Shown: positions 43,963-54,123 of the stretch, in pieces
Layout of the letters: each line of letters starts with the position of its first letter
Position numbering within the stretch: the stretch's first letter is position 1
Assembly: GCA_018664485.1 (NCBI GenBank)
Contig: JABJOE010000009.1
Coordinates: 76,635-140,634 of the forward strand
Source: Candidatus Uhrbacteria bacterium
GTDB taxonomy: Bacteria > Patescibacteriota > Patescibacteriia > UBA9934
DNA length: 64,000 nucleotides
Reading direction: 5' to 3'
Translations under genes and position numbers: made by a program
The notes under the pieces: model-generated
What the model saw: only the letters and a program-made list of their open reading frames with translations
Told to the model about the DNA's origin: nothing
The model's database searches: none

Positions 43963-44347
43963 TTTCTTTGGTCTCGTTAGCACAGACATGTATTATATCA
44001 ATAATATCCTGAATTTTAACCTCTGTTTTTACTAAATATTTTGTTACCCCAAAGCGGCCCGCCTCTAATTTATCAGACTCCTGTCCAAGGTTGGTGAGCA
44101 TCACTACCTCAACATCTTTCCCACCATCTATTCCACGAAGTTTTTCTAAAAACTCAAAACCATTCATCTTTGGCATCATAACGTCCAACAGAATAATCGA
44201 CGGCATCTGATTCTCAACATATTCCATTGCTTCCAAACCGTTTGCCGCTGACACAACGTCTACTCCCCCCTTGGAAAGCTGTTCAGTGTAAACACTTCTC
44301 AGGAACTCATCGTCGTCTACAATTAAAACTGTGCAATTTTTATTCAT
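43955..44347 (-). CDS. single-domain response regulator (receiver only)
   Basis: LIVDDDEFLR...ILLDVMMPKMNG. Confidence 0.8.
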   Translation of the reverse strand: MNKNCTVLIVDDDEFLRSVYTEQLSKGGVDVVSAANGLEAMEYVENQMPSIILLDVMMPKMNGFEFLEKLRGIDGGKDVEVVMLTNLGQESDKLEAGRFGVTKYLVKTEVKIQDIIDIIHVCANETKENV

Positions 44348-44350
44348 ACA

Positions 44351-46228
44351 CTAATCAAAATGAATCCAAAATCGTGAACCCTCACCTTCAGTTGAGTTAA
44401 ATCCAACATTTAAATCCATTACATCGGCTAGCTGTTTAAAGGCGTACAGACCGAGCCCTATACCGTCATTACGACCTCTATCTACGTTGGAGCCACGATG
44501 GAATTTAGAAAATATCTTATCCTGCTCCCCTGCCGGAATACCTACACCTGTATCTGTTACTGAAAATAGTTTTCCAGTGCTATCAGATTTAACATCAATA
44601 ATAATCGAACCTTTCTGTTGAGTATATTTCATTGCGTTTGAAATTAGAATCGTACAGAGCTCACGAACAAGCAGAGGGTCAGCAAAAACGTAAATCTTTT
44701 CTTCGCGTAAAGTCTCTACATCAAATTCTTTATTTTCAATTACATCCTCGTATTTGTGCAGTATCTTCTGCACCAATGTCACGAGTTCAACACGTTCTGG
44801 ATTACTTTTCACAAGACGGCTATCAATGCGGGATATGTTTAAGAACCCATCAACCAATTCAACCATCTCTACTGTCGACTCGTTCATACGAGCGATGTAC
44901 TTATGCTGTTCATCTGACAATTTACCAACCTTTTCATCTGACAGTAATTCTCCTGACCATTTAAGTACAGCTAAAGGCTTTCGGAGCTGATGCGAAGCGA
45001 GAGAAATGAACTCTGTTTTCATGGTGTCAATAACATTAAGCCTTTCAGCCATGTTATTAAACAACCCTCCTAGAACACCGATCTCATCTGAACCACTCGG
45101 ATGCGCACGCGCTGTAAAATCGTGACCATCCATTTTCTTTACAGCGGAACTCAAATCTCTCAATGGCACCAAAATACCACGCGCAGGAAGTATCGTGAGT
45201 AACAATGCAATAATCAAAACTACAAAACTAGATATTGCAACATTACGTTTCAACCTAGCCAACCCTTCAAGCGCTGCATCCTCTTCCACCTCCACTACCA
45301 GAACCCAGCCTCTTGGCAAACAAGATGAAGCACCTATGACGGGAATACCGAACACATTACTGTACCTAAACTCTGCACTATAATTTTCGTCACAAGCAGT
45401 TGCAGCCGGTGTATCAACTTCCTGACTTAATATCACCTGAGCTACATACCTCGACTCACTAATCATCAGCCCCTCACTGTTAACTAAATACATCTCTGAT
45501 GAATATTCAGAACTATCGTCGTCCCAAGTTCCTCCCAAGTCGGTTTGACGTCCTCCGTTTAAAACAGCATTCAGCTCATCTAGTTCAACGTATAAAGCCA
45601 ATACACCCAAGAGCTCCCCCGTGTCACGATGTGTAAGAGGTGCCGATACAACGATCAATTCCTGACCTATATCAAAGTGAGTCTGCACAATCACATCACT
45701 CACAGACGCTTCCCCATATTCATTATTCAACGTATCTAATACGTATAAATGGTCAGATATATCGTACCCCTTAGTTAACTCTACTAAATCTGAAGAAGCG
45801 ACGATATTTATATCTCTATCGAAAATATTGATTCCCGAGATTGTTCTATCTAATGACATCTTATTATCAACGAGATGTCGTTGAAGTTCTTGAGACATGT
45901 CTTCTCCTAAAATAATCTGATTCGTTGCATCTCGAATGAAGCCATCTGACGCAAAATCTACAGCACGCCCTTTTTCTGACTCCAAAAACTCAAGAACATA
46001 TCCTTGCATTACAGAATTAATATCCATTACATTCCGAGACGCTGCATCCGTTAGACTCTCTTGAGCGATATCAAATGCAAAATATGCCGTTGCTCCAACT
46101 GAAAATAAAGAAATGAAAACAAAACCAATAGCGAGCTTAACTGTAATACTAAGATCTCTCCACCAACCGAACTTCTTACCGGAGGTAGATGTTTTTGTTT
46201 TGGACGTGCTGGTCGTGAGTCGTTGCAT
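44351..46228 (-). CDS. sensor histidine kinase with N-terminal TM, Cache-like periplasmic domain, HAMP, HisKA and HATPase
   Basis: H-box ISLASHQLRKPL; C-terminal N/G1/G2 ATPase boxes. Extracytoplasmic domain between two TM helices. Confidence 0.8.
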   Translation of the reverse strand: MQRLTTSTSKTKTSTSGKKFGWWRDLSITVKLAIGFVFISLFSVGATAYFAFDIAQESLTDAASRNVMDINSVMQGYVLEFLESEKGRAVDFASDGFIRDATNQIILGEDMSQELQRHLVDNKMSLDRTISGINIFDRDINIVASSDLVELTKGYDISDHLYVLDTLNNEYGEASVSDVIVQTHFDIGQELIVVSAPLTHRDTGELLGVLALYVELDELNAVLNGGRQTDLGGTWDDDSSEYSSEMYLVNSEGLMISESRYVAQVILSQEVDTPAATACDENYSAEFRYSNVFGIPVIGASSCLPRGWVLVVEVEEDAALEGLARLKRNVAISSFVVLIIALLLTILPARGILVPLRDLSSAVKKMDGHDFTARAHPSGSDEIGVLGGLFNNMAERLNVIDTMKTEFISLASHQLRKPLAVLKWSGELLSDEKVGKLSDEQHKYIARMNESTVEMVELVDGFLNISRIDSRLVKSNPERVELVTLVQKILHKYEDVIENKEFDVETLREEKIYVFADPLLVRELCTILISNAMKYTQQKGSIIIDVKSDSTGKLFSVTDTGVGIPAGEQDKIFSKFHRGSNVDRGRNDGIGLGLYAFKQLADVMDLNVGFNSTEGEGSRFWIHFD

Positions 46229-47219
46229 ATATCACTTCACCCTCGTCTGTAGTGAGGAAATAATAATATTGATTTGATGTCGGATTCAATACTGCCATTA
46301 TAGCATCCATCCCCGGACTACTAATAGGCCCCGGTGGCAATCCAGCATACTGGTAGGTATTATACAACGAATCAATGTCCCGATCTGTAAGTGAAATCGC
46401 TGGTGTGTCCGCGCCTGTAATATAATTGACAGTTGAGTCCGCCTGAAGTGGCATTCCAATCTCTAAACGCTTTAAGAAAATATCAGCAACCATCGCCATC
46501 TCTGACGGAACCATAACTTCTCGCTGAATAATCGATGCGAGAGTTAGTACGTCGTGATTTGTTTCAAGTTGAGACGGGATATTGTTAGCCGAGACCTCTT
46601 CGAGTAACCGGTCTTCCATTGTACCCAATAGCTTCTCTACAACATCTTCACCGCTTGCGTCTGTATAAAATCGATACGTGTCTGGAAATAAATAACCTTC
46701 GAGGTCAACATTGTCAGGTTTTTGTGACTGTACGATGAGATCATTTGACTCATATACAGAATTCATTCCGACAAGTTGATCCCACTCACTTTCTGAAACT
46801 GGAAAAATTGCCATTAAACGTTCACCTATTTGTGCCAAGGTGAACCCCTCTGGAATAGTAAACAGCAAGTCGTCATGAGTTGCATCATGAAGGCTTATCA
46901 CCACAGATGCATAGCTGCTCCCCGGAGTAAGCTCAAACAATCCTGCCTGGATAGATTTTGAGTCTCCGCCAATCACTGTATAAACCTTGAACCAAAAAGC
47001 GCTTGCGATAATGCCATCGTCTTCCAGTGCGCTCGCTATATCGCCTAAAGATGTACCGCTTTCTACTTCAAAAACTATAGTCTCTACATCTTCGCTAGGG
47101 CTCTGCAACCAAAATCTGTAGAGCTGAGAAAATGCGGTAATAGCAAAAATTGCTGACACCAACACAATGAACGCCATGAATCCTAAAAATCCTGCAGCAA
47201 CCTGTTTCGTTGAGATCAT
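46176..47219 (-). CDS. mltG: endolytic murein transglycosylase MltG (YceG-like)
   Basis: N-terminal TM plus YceG fold. The conserved GLPPGPI block near the C-terminus. Confidence 0.8.
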   Translation of the reverse strand: MISTKQVAAGFLGFMAFIVLVSAIFAITAFSQLYRFWLQSPSEDVETIVFEVESGTSLGDIASALEDDGIIASAFWFKVYTVIGGDSKSIQAGLFELTPGSSYASVVISLHDATHDDLLFTIPEGFTLAQIGERLMAIFPVSESEWDQLVGMNSVYESNDLIVQSQKPDNVDLEGYLFPDTYRFYTDASGEDVVEKLLGTMEDRLLEEVSANNIPSQLETNHDVLTLASIIQREVMVPSEMAMVADIFLKRLEIGMPLQADSTVNYITGADTPAISLTDRDIDSLYNTYQYAGLPPGPISSPGMDAIMAVLNPTSNQYYYFLTTDEGEVIYATTHDQHVQNKNIYLR

Positions 47220-48271
47220 AGGTAATCGTTATGGTTTTGATCTTTTAGAATTTGACGAACTTCTTTTAGGCGTTGTGAATCTTCCAACTTGCAAACCAAT
47301 AATGCATCAGATGTATCAACAACGACAACACCTTCCAACCCCACAATAGTAACCAACTTTTCTGGCGGACCGTACACTAGCGATCGTTTTGTATCTACAC
47401 AAACAACCTTTCCTTTTGTAACGTTTCCACCCTCTTCATCACATAGCCTGTCGTGAAGAGAATCCCACGCACCAATATCACTCCAACCGAAGTCACCACG
47501 GATGATTAGCACGTCTTGTGTATCCATCTTTTCTGTCACTGCGTAATCAAAAGAAATTCTTTCAATCTCAGAGTATAAAGCGTTGTCGCCTGTCTTTTGG
47601 ATCTTCCTAAGAAGCGCCCCTGTTTCTGGCGCGTAACGATCAAACGCATCGAGGAAAGCGCGCGGCGTCCACATGTAATAGTTTGCATGCCAAAAGTACG
47701 ATCCGTCTTGCAAATACTGTTTTGCAACTTCGTAATTCGGCTTCTCTGTATGTCCTGCAAATTCAAACACCTCTATGTCTTCAATCGTTTCAAATTGTGA
47801 AGCAACTTTCGTATACCCCATCGCTGTACTTGGAAATACTGGAGGGATTGCAATGTCGAGCAACTTACCTGTTTTTATAATTAAATCCGCACCAACCTTC
47901 AAACACCGCAGGAATAACTCTTCGTCGTTTATATAGTGATCGGACGGAACGAAAACTATCGGTTCGTCCGGGCAAATGTTCATCAGGTGCGCTGCAACGT
48001 ATCCCATCGCAGGACCTGTATCACGCTTTTCAGGTTCGATGATTATGTGATCGTCTTCTACTTCAGGAAAATGCTCGGAAAGTAGCGACGCAAATTCAGG
48101 AGAGGTTGATATATAAATGTCTTCGGGAGCGAAAGATTTCGCCAACCGTTCATACGCATCACGAACTAAAATTTGGTCTCCAACAATGTTGAAAAACTGT
48201 TTCGGCCGATTAGATCGACTCATTGGCCACATGCGTGTACCCGCTCCTCCAGCTAGTAGAATTGCTTTCAT
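47216..48271 (-). CDS. mannose-1-phosphate guanylyltransferase (nucleotidyltransferase domain only)
   Basis: MKAILLAGGAGTRMWPMSR...; NDP-sugar pyrophosphorylase G-rich loop. No cupin isomerase domain. Confidence 0.75.
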   Translation of the reverse strand: MKAILLAGGAGTRMWPMSRSNRPKQFFNIVGDQILVRDAYERLAKSFAPEDIYISTSPEFASLLSEHFPEVEDDHIIIEPEKRDTGPAMGYVAAHLMNICPDEPIVFVPSDHYINDEELFLRCLKVGADLIIKTGKLLDIAIPPVFPSTAMGYTKVASQFETIEDIEVFEFAGHTEKPNYEVAKQYLQDGSYFWHANYYMWTPRAFLDAFDRYAPETGALLRKIQKTGDNALYSEIERISFDYAVTEKMDTQDVLIIRGDFGWSDIGAWDSLHDRLCDEEGGNVTKGKVVCVDTKRSLVYGPPEKLVTIVGLEGVVVVDTSDALLVCKLEDSQRLKEVRQILKDQNHNDYL

Positions 48272-48441
48272 ATCAACAGTATTAAGTGCAGACATATTAG
48301 CACGCTACAGCCTACCGGGCTAATACCGCCGAATGCACAAAACTCCGGCCCTTGAGAGAGCGCGGAGTTGAGAGTGGTAGAGGTGATGTAACTCTAGAAA
48401 AAGCTCCACGTAGAAGCACGTTCTAGAGTTGCACCGGTCAA

Positions 48442-49161
48442 TCACTGGTCGGGGTCTGCTTCGTCAGTCAGGTCAACGAATGGCATGTCGTCGCGGTGCG
48501 CGACCATGATGACGCGACCGTCCTCGTACTCACAGGCCACAGAGTAGTTCATTCCCAAGTACCAACGGTATGCAGGAGAGGCTCTCTTTGTACGAGCTAC
48601 AAATACCTTGAGACCGGCCATTGCCAACTTCCGGTAGCGAGCACGGAACAGGCGTTTGCCAATGCCGTTGGACCAGAGACGTTCAAGAACGAAGATCTCG
48701 TCCTGGTAAGCCACGTGCCCTTCTTCAGGATACCTTCGGTTTAGAAATTCTGCGATCTTTTCATGCCCGGTGGTTCGCTGTACACGACTGGGACGCAGAG
48801 CATATCCCCACGTACCCCCCACTACACCAGGCTTTCCGTCCTGTGTAGCGACAACACAAACCGCGTGCGGATTTTGCATTTGCTTGTGGAGATCAGCGAG
48901 AACATCACTAGCAGGCCAATACGGCACAACGAGTCCGCTACACTTCGGGCAACTCCCATGTGCCGGTGGGCTATCAAGTGGCCAAACGTACGAGCTGCCG
49001 TTGCTCTTGCAGTTTGTACACTTCCACCCCTCATTCCAAGGAGATCCTCCAAATACCCAGGTGTAGCATGTGATGACGTCAGACGCCAAGTCACACACAA
49101 CTGCTTTTTTCTCACCAGCAAGAGGTAAGTACCTGATGCGAATATCCTCAATCAATGCCAT
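48442..49161 (-). CDS. hypothetical protein in a GC-rich island (Cys-rich zinc-ribbon-like segment plus possible GNAT-like C-terminus)
   Basis: Start trimmed to MALIEDIRIR after a GGAGAGG SD. CTNCK...CPKCSG. IGKRLF...AGLKVFV resembles acetyltransferase motif A. GC clearly elevated. Confidence 0.45.
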   Translation of the reverse strand: MALIEDIRIRYLPLAGEKKAVVCDLASDVITCYTWVFGGSPWNEGWKCTNCKSNGSSYVWPLDSPPAHGSCPKCSGLVVPYWPASDVLADLHKQMQNPHAVCVVATQDGKPGVVGGTWGYALRPSRVQRTTGHEKIAEFLNRRYPEEGHVAYQDEIFVLERLWSNGIGKRLFRARYRKLAMAGLKVFVARTKRASPAYRWYLGMNYSVACEYEDGRVIMVAHRDDMPFVDLTDEADPDQ

Positions 49162-49284
49162 GGCCTCTCCTGCGTTACAGGGTTTGCGGTTGATGTGAGT
49201 TTCTCGAATTGAGAAACGGTAAAAGAACACATTTCATATAAACACAAAAATCCCCATATGTCCAGGAGGACTTTACATGGAAAC

Positions 49285-49367
49285 TTAGGTGGTAGGTATT
49301 AGGTACTAGGTTTTAGGCAGGTAACTCATCGCTGATACTTATAACCTAATACCTAGAACCTATAACC
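49285..49367. repeat. empty-site copy of the TAGGT-heptad IVS-like palindrome (no ORF)
   Basis: TTAGGTGGTAGGTATTAGGTACTAGGTTTTAGG - caggtaactcatcgctgatac - TTATAACCTAATACCTAGAACCTATAACC. The loop retains AACTCATC, as found next to the ORF stop in the full copy. Confidence 0.5.
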
Positions 49368-49649
49368 TTTCGAGCGTGCAGAGTGGGTAATGCGGTCGCT
49401 CGCAAAGCCCCGACCTCTGCGAACAGCCATGTTCCAGATTCAATCAAAAGAATGTTTGTACTAAACCATGTCTGTTCACTAAGCCCAGGTTCTTGTAATT
49501 AGTTATGTTCTTGATTTATTTGGATGAATATTTAGACGAAATGGATGACAGGCAAGGAAGCATAGCAGAGCTACGCTGACGAGCCTGGAGTGCATTGCAG
49601 TCAAATATACGACAAATAGATCAGAACGATAACTGATTTCAATAACCCC

Positions 49650-50810
49650 CTACTCCCACTTGTCGACTATTAATCGATACGCTTTTTCAAATCGTTCAAT
49701 TGCAGGGATTTCCACGTATTCATCGCTTCCATGCATGTTCTTTCCCTTAGGCCCCCAAACAACTGTTGGGACATCCCATACCTCGGCAAGCATCTGTGCA
49801 TCTGAGTATCCAAACTGATCTACAGGATAATAACTTACAGCTCCCATAACCTCTTCCTGTACTTCCTCGAGCATCTTCAAATCTTCTGTCGATGTCACAA
49901 ATGAACCAAGATTCATAGAAGTCTGAATTGACTCAACAACCGTACGATGCTTTTTCAAACCACTATTGAATGCATCAAGGATACCCTGGTGAGTAACTGC
50001 CGGAATAGTGCGAACTTCCAATGTTGCTTCACAATAATCCGGGATAACATTTCCCATCGATCCTAACATCGGACCATCATCAGGGTTCTTGGAAGGTCCC
50101 TGCAGTGCTCCACATCGAATCATTCCAATATTCAAAGTTGCAGGCCCAAGTAATTCGTCTACTTCTTGTGACAGATACTCACGCAGAGAATCTACTCCCA
50201 TCATGAATCCGGCGAATGCATCAATACCCGTATGCGGACGTGCAGCATGACCAGTCTTTCCTCGCAGTATCACGCGGAATTCAATAATCCCACGAGCTCC
50301 ACGCAACAACATGTCCTGCGTAATCTCGGGACACACAACCAAACGTGGCTTCAGCCGATCAGCATATCCCTTCACAAACTGCTTCATTCCTAAAAAGTCG
50401 TACTCCTCATCACAATAAAACAACGCAGCGATTCCCTTTTTACCAGTATCTCGAGCCTGATCAAGTGCAGCTAAAATTGCAACGAGCCCTGCTTTCATGT
50501 CGGCGGCACCACGACCATACAGTCGTCCACCTTTTCGCTCACCGCGAACGCTGTGTTTCCAACCCGCCCCCTCTTCAACCGTATCCATATGACCAACCAT
50601 CAAAAGGCCAACAGAAGTACCATCATGTACATACAAGTTAACTCGGCCTGGATCGATCTCCTGTTCCTCAATGATAAGATCTGGGAAATTCTTTTCCAAA
50701 TAGGCTTTTAAAAACATCGCTACACCGTATTCCACTCTTCCACCTTCCGGATTAGCGTGTCTGTCACTACGAATAGCGATCAAGTCTTCAAGTACTTTTA
50801 ATGAATCCAT
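49650..50810 (-). CDS. M20-family metallopeptidase (ArgE/DapE-like)
   Basis: GHMDTV and GRGAADMKAG motifs. Confidence 0.75.
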   Translation of the reverse strand: MDSLKVLEDLIAIRSDRHANPEGGRVEYGVAMFLKAYLEKNFPDLIIEEQEIDPGRVNLYVHDGTSVGLLMVGHMDTVEEGAGWKHSVRGERKGGRLYGRGAADMKAGLVAILAALDQARDTGKKGIAALFYCDEEYDFLGMKQFVKGYADRLKPRLVVCPEITQDMLLRGARGIIEFRVILRGKTGHAARPHTGIDAFAGFMMGVDSLREYLSQEVDELLGPATLNIGMIRCGALQGPSKNPDDGPMLGSMGNVIPDYCEATLEVRTIPAVTHQGILDAFNSGLKKHRTVVESIQTSMNLGSFVTSTEDLKMLEEVQEEVMGAVSYYPVDQFGYSDAQMLAEVWDVPTVVWGPKGKNMHGSDEYVEIPAIERFEKAYRLIVDKWE

Positions 50811-50902
50811 ATCTAAACTATTTTCTAATTTCTATCTTTAAGATAACTCGTCAATTGATGCTTTTGTTTAACATATTTGACCGTAGTGGTCAATCAAGAC
50901 AT

Positions 50903-51436
50903 CTAGCTCAACCCGAACATTAGAAGAGTCACAAACGTTCCAAGAAATGCACCGGCTAGTACATCTCCGGCATAATGTACCCCGACAACAATACGGGACA
51001 ACGATATAACCACAGCCAATAGGAAAAATCCGATGACAAAAATCCACGCAAGTTCAAACGACGATTCTAAAAATGCATATGACAATGATGTAGCCACTGC
51101 AAAGCTAGATCCAGCGTGATTAGATGGAAAGGAATATGTAGGAACGATTGGTTTGTAAGGAGTTTTTGTTTCCTGCGGTCGAGGTCGTTTAACTATAGCT
51201 TGCAGTATAACCGTTGTAATCGCAGTGACTAAAACTGGAATCAGCCAGATAAATACTCGATGGTCTTGCAAGAAGAGCAGGAGTGCGAGCATTATAACAG
51301 CGTACACAAAAGCACCCTTCGAGGAGCTTATCTCCCAAAACATCTTATGCCACTTATCACCGTATTTTGGTCCACGGCGACCTGAAAAAACTTCCTGTAT
51401 TTTTTTTGAAACTTTTACATCGTATGCGTGGAACAT
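50903..51436 (-). CDS. PAP2-family phosphatase
   Basis: KxxxxxxRP, PSxH (SFPSNHA) and SRxxxxxHxxxD (SRIVVGVHYAGD) motifs. Confidence 0.7.
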   Translation of the reverse strand: MFHAYDVKVSKKIQEVFSGRRGPKYGDKWHKMFWEISSSKGAFVYAVIMLALLLFLQDHRVFIWLIPVLVTAITTVILQAIVKRPRPQETKTPYKPIVPTYSFPSNHAGSSFAVATSLSYAFLESSFELAWIFVIGFFLLAVVISLSRIVVGVHYAGDVLAGAFLGTFVTLLMFGLS

Positions 51437-51438
51437 AT

Positions 51439-52155
51439 CTATATAATAGCTTGTTCACGTAATAATTGTAATTCCGCTTCCCGTCTATCTATGTCAGCAA
51501 TGATTTTCTCTGAGTCTTTTGGAGATTCGAGTTGCTTATTTTTAAATGCACACATATCTGCAACCGGACATGCCCAACACCGCGGGTTCTTGATGCAAAT
51601 GTAACGACCGTGTTTTACAAACACACGATTGACTGTGGGCGACAGATCCGAGGGTATTAAAGCGAGCAATGCCTGCTCTGTTTTCTCTGGAGTTTTTGTA
51701 TCAACCCATCCGAGACGATTCGTAACGCGGTGGACATGCGTGTCGACTGCAATTGCCGGTTTGTTGAATTGGTACGGAAGAATAACGCTCGCCGTTTTAC
51801 GACCTACGCCCGCAAGCGTGATGAGCTCGTCGAGAGTTCCCGGAATCTCACCGCCATACTCACCCACAACACGTTTTGCTAAAGCTGAAAGATTCTTCGC
51901 TTTTTGTCGGAACATTCCAATAGTGTTGATCTTCTTTTGGATTTGCTCGGGAGTTGCGCCTGCGAGTTTTTCAACCGTAGGATATGCTTTAAAAAATCCT
52001 GGCAACAATTTTAGCACTTGTTCGTCGCGCGTGCGTGCCGTCAACATCACAGCAACCAAAGACTGATACGCATCACCAAACTCCATCGCACCCGGCGTTG
52101 GGAAACGTTTTTTCAATCTCGCGAGTGTATCGACGATTGTTTTCTTACTCGTCAT
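51439..52155 (-). CDS. nth: endonuclease III
   Basis: HhH-GPD (LAGVGRKTAS), catalytic Lys/Asp, and a C-terminal 4Fe-4S Cys cluster (CIKNPRCWACPVADMC). Start trimmed to MTSKKT. Confidence 0.8.
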   Translation of the reverse strand: MTSKKTIVDTLARLKKRFPTPGAMEFGDAYQSLVAVMLTARTRDEQVLKLLPGFFKAYPTVEKLAGATPEQIQKKINTIGMFRQKAKNLSALAKRVVGEYGGEIPGTLDELITLAGVGRKTASVILPYQFNKPAIAVDTHVHRVTNRLGWVDTKTPEKTEQALLALIPSDLSPTVNRVFVKHGRYICIKNPRCWACPVADMCAFKNKQLESPKDSEKIIADIDRREAELQLLREQAII

Positions 52156-53017
52156 CCGGGATATATTCGCGACCACAAATAATTTCACGTCCTTCAATTG
52201 AATTTCCTTCATCGTCTGATGCAGGACCCGCAGTGCAGCCCTCAAGGAAATCGCTTGTATACACAGAAGAGTCTAATGAATAGTATTCCCAGAACGACCA
52301 ACCAGCATCACCATACCCAAGACTGACTACGGGATATCCATTTCCGGTCAAATCTCCATACATAGAAAAATATGTATCTGTAATTCCACCAATTGGTTGA
52401 TGAACTACGAAACGCGAGTTTGTTATCAGTTCTTCTGGATTCCAGACCAACATCCGAAGAGAGCTTGAATCGTCTAAAAATGCCGAATATAACCGATTAT
52501 CAAAGTTACATTGAGCTATAAGACGTGACTCATAACGGTCTAACAAATCACTCATCTTCTCATAATATACTTGGGTCCACCCAGCTCCAACTACAAGTTC
52601 TGGTGCAATCGCTGTATAAACACCTTCATCGAGAAGAGCTGCGGGCGTAAGCCCTCCGAAAGAATAATAACCCTCATCTAATGTATCTGTATCAATCTGT
52701 TCATATACATCTGTACAGAGGTCATGCCCAGCGTCTATAACCATCTGATGAAGATAGGTTACCTCAGACGAATCACGCTCTTCCGCCTCCTCAGATTCTT
52801 CTTTCACGATCGCTTCGTACTCATTTATATTATCCTGAAGTACGCCAACAGTTTCCTCTAAATCATCAACCCGATCTTGCCCGGCGTTACTTTGAGACCA
52901 GAAGAATATTGCGAGCACCAAGAAAACTAGAGCCGGCAGAGAAAGTATAGCTAAGACAATGATGCCTTTTCTACTACGTTTAGGTGTGGTTGGTAATTCA
53001 TCTGACATATATTCCAT
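52145..53017 (-). CDS. hypothetical single-pass membrane protein (paralog 1)
   Basis: TM, then a conserved FWSQSNAGQDRVDDLEETV coiled segment. Paralogous to the next gene. Confidence 0.5.
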   Translation of the reverse strand: MEYMSDELPTTPKRSRKGIIVLAILSLPALVFLVLAIFFWSQSNAGQDRVDDLEETVGVLQDNINEYEAIVKEESEEAEERDSSEVTYLHQMVIDAGHDLCTDVYEQIDTDTLDEGYYSFGGLTPAALLDEGVYTAIAPELVVGAGWTQVYYEKMSDLLDRYESRLIAQCNFDNRLYSAFLDDSSSLRMLVWNPEELITNSRFVVHQPIGGITDTYFSMYGDLTGNGYPVVSLGYGDAGWSFWEYYSLDSSVYTSDFLEGCTAGPASDDEGNSIEGREIICGREYIPDDE

Positions 53018-53911
53018 TTAACCGCCAATAAACCCTTTTGATAAGTCCGATGTACCGATAAACTCCGTATCCTTCATACATCCAACGAGCTCACCTTCAA
53101 ATCGAGAACCTAATCTAAATATAGCTTTAACCGAATCACCCTCGCTGCTGTCATTAATATCTCTTGTATTAAACCATGCTGATTCAATCGCAGCACCTGA
53201 CTCACCGAGAATAATCAAAGGATCTCCACCGTAATGGCTACTACGTACATCGAGGAATGCCATAGCCTCCCATGGTCCATCTGTTACATAAAATGCCTTA
53301 CAGGAAGCCGGCTCTCCGCTACCATCCAGAGTTGTGACCATATCTACATCCACGACATATCCTTCAAGCTCCGCAACTCCAGCATAACCAGCGCCTGGGC
53401 CATCGAAAGTATGTACAAGGATCTCGCTCAATTCATCAATTAAAACGCCTTCTTCCTCCTCAGATTCAAGTGCTTCGAGCGCTTCTTGCTGATAATCAGC
53501 TACTCTAGTTTGAAGAGTTGAAACCGTTTCCTGCAAATCATCAACTTGATCCTGTCCGGCGTTACTTCTACTCCAAAAAACAATCATTAAAACGAACAAA
53601 GTAAGTGCGACAAGCGACACAAGTATCATGAGAACCCTTCCCATCTTATTTGGAGCAGCGTCAACAATACGTACAGTCCCGGCTGCAGACACAGGAGGTG
53701 CTGGTGGAACATGAGGCGCTGCGGGCGCAGGAGCAGGCTTGGGTGCCGGCTGCGGAGTAGGTGCAGTTATCGGCGGAGCCTCTGGAACTACTTTCTTTTT
53801 CGGAGCGGGCGCTACCAGCGGCGCTGGTGCAGGCGCCGGCTTTGCAGCTGGCACAGGCTTAGGTGCAGGTGCTGGCGTAGGATTCTTTTTAGCCGGTTGA
53901 TTCTCTGGCAT
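53018..53911 (-). CDS. hypothetical single-pass membrane protein with Pro/Ala-rich N-terminus (paralog 2)
   Basis: PAPAPKP repeats, TM, then FWSRSNAGQDQVDDLQETV. Confidence 0.5.
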   Translation of the reverse strand: MPENQPAKKNPTPAPAPKPVPAAKPAPAPAPLVAPAPKKKVVPEAPPITAPTPQPAPKPAPAPAAPHVPPAPPVSAAGTVRIVDAAPNKMGRVLMILVSLVALTLFVLMIVFWSRSNAGQDQVDDLQETVSTLQTRVADYQQEALEALESEEEEGVLIDELSEILVHTFDGPGAGYAGVAELEGYVVDVDMVTTLDGSGEPASCKAFYVTDGPWEAMAFLDVRSSHYGGDPLIILGESGAAIESAWFNTRDINDSSEGDSVKAIFRLGSRFEGELVGCMKDTEFIGTSDLSKGFIGG

Positions 53912-54123
53912 ATGTGAACTTACTAATATATAAAATTGTACTCACTCTTAATTGTAATTTATTATTTCATCCAATTTCCAGTAAACGCACGTATTTTAGA
54001 CTAGCCTAGGTGCCTGCCTACCGGCAAGGTAGGTGTGGGTGGCAGACTACGAAGCCAGCGGCTATCCCAGATACCCTTATTTCTTAATCGCATATATTTG
54101 AGGACAGTTTCGACGCATGGAGA

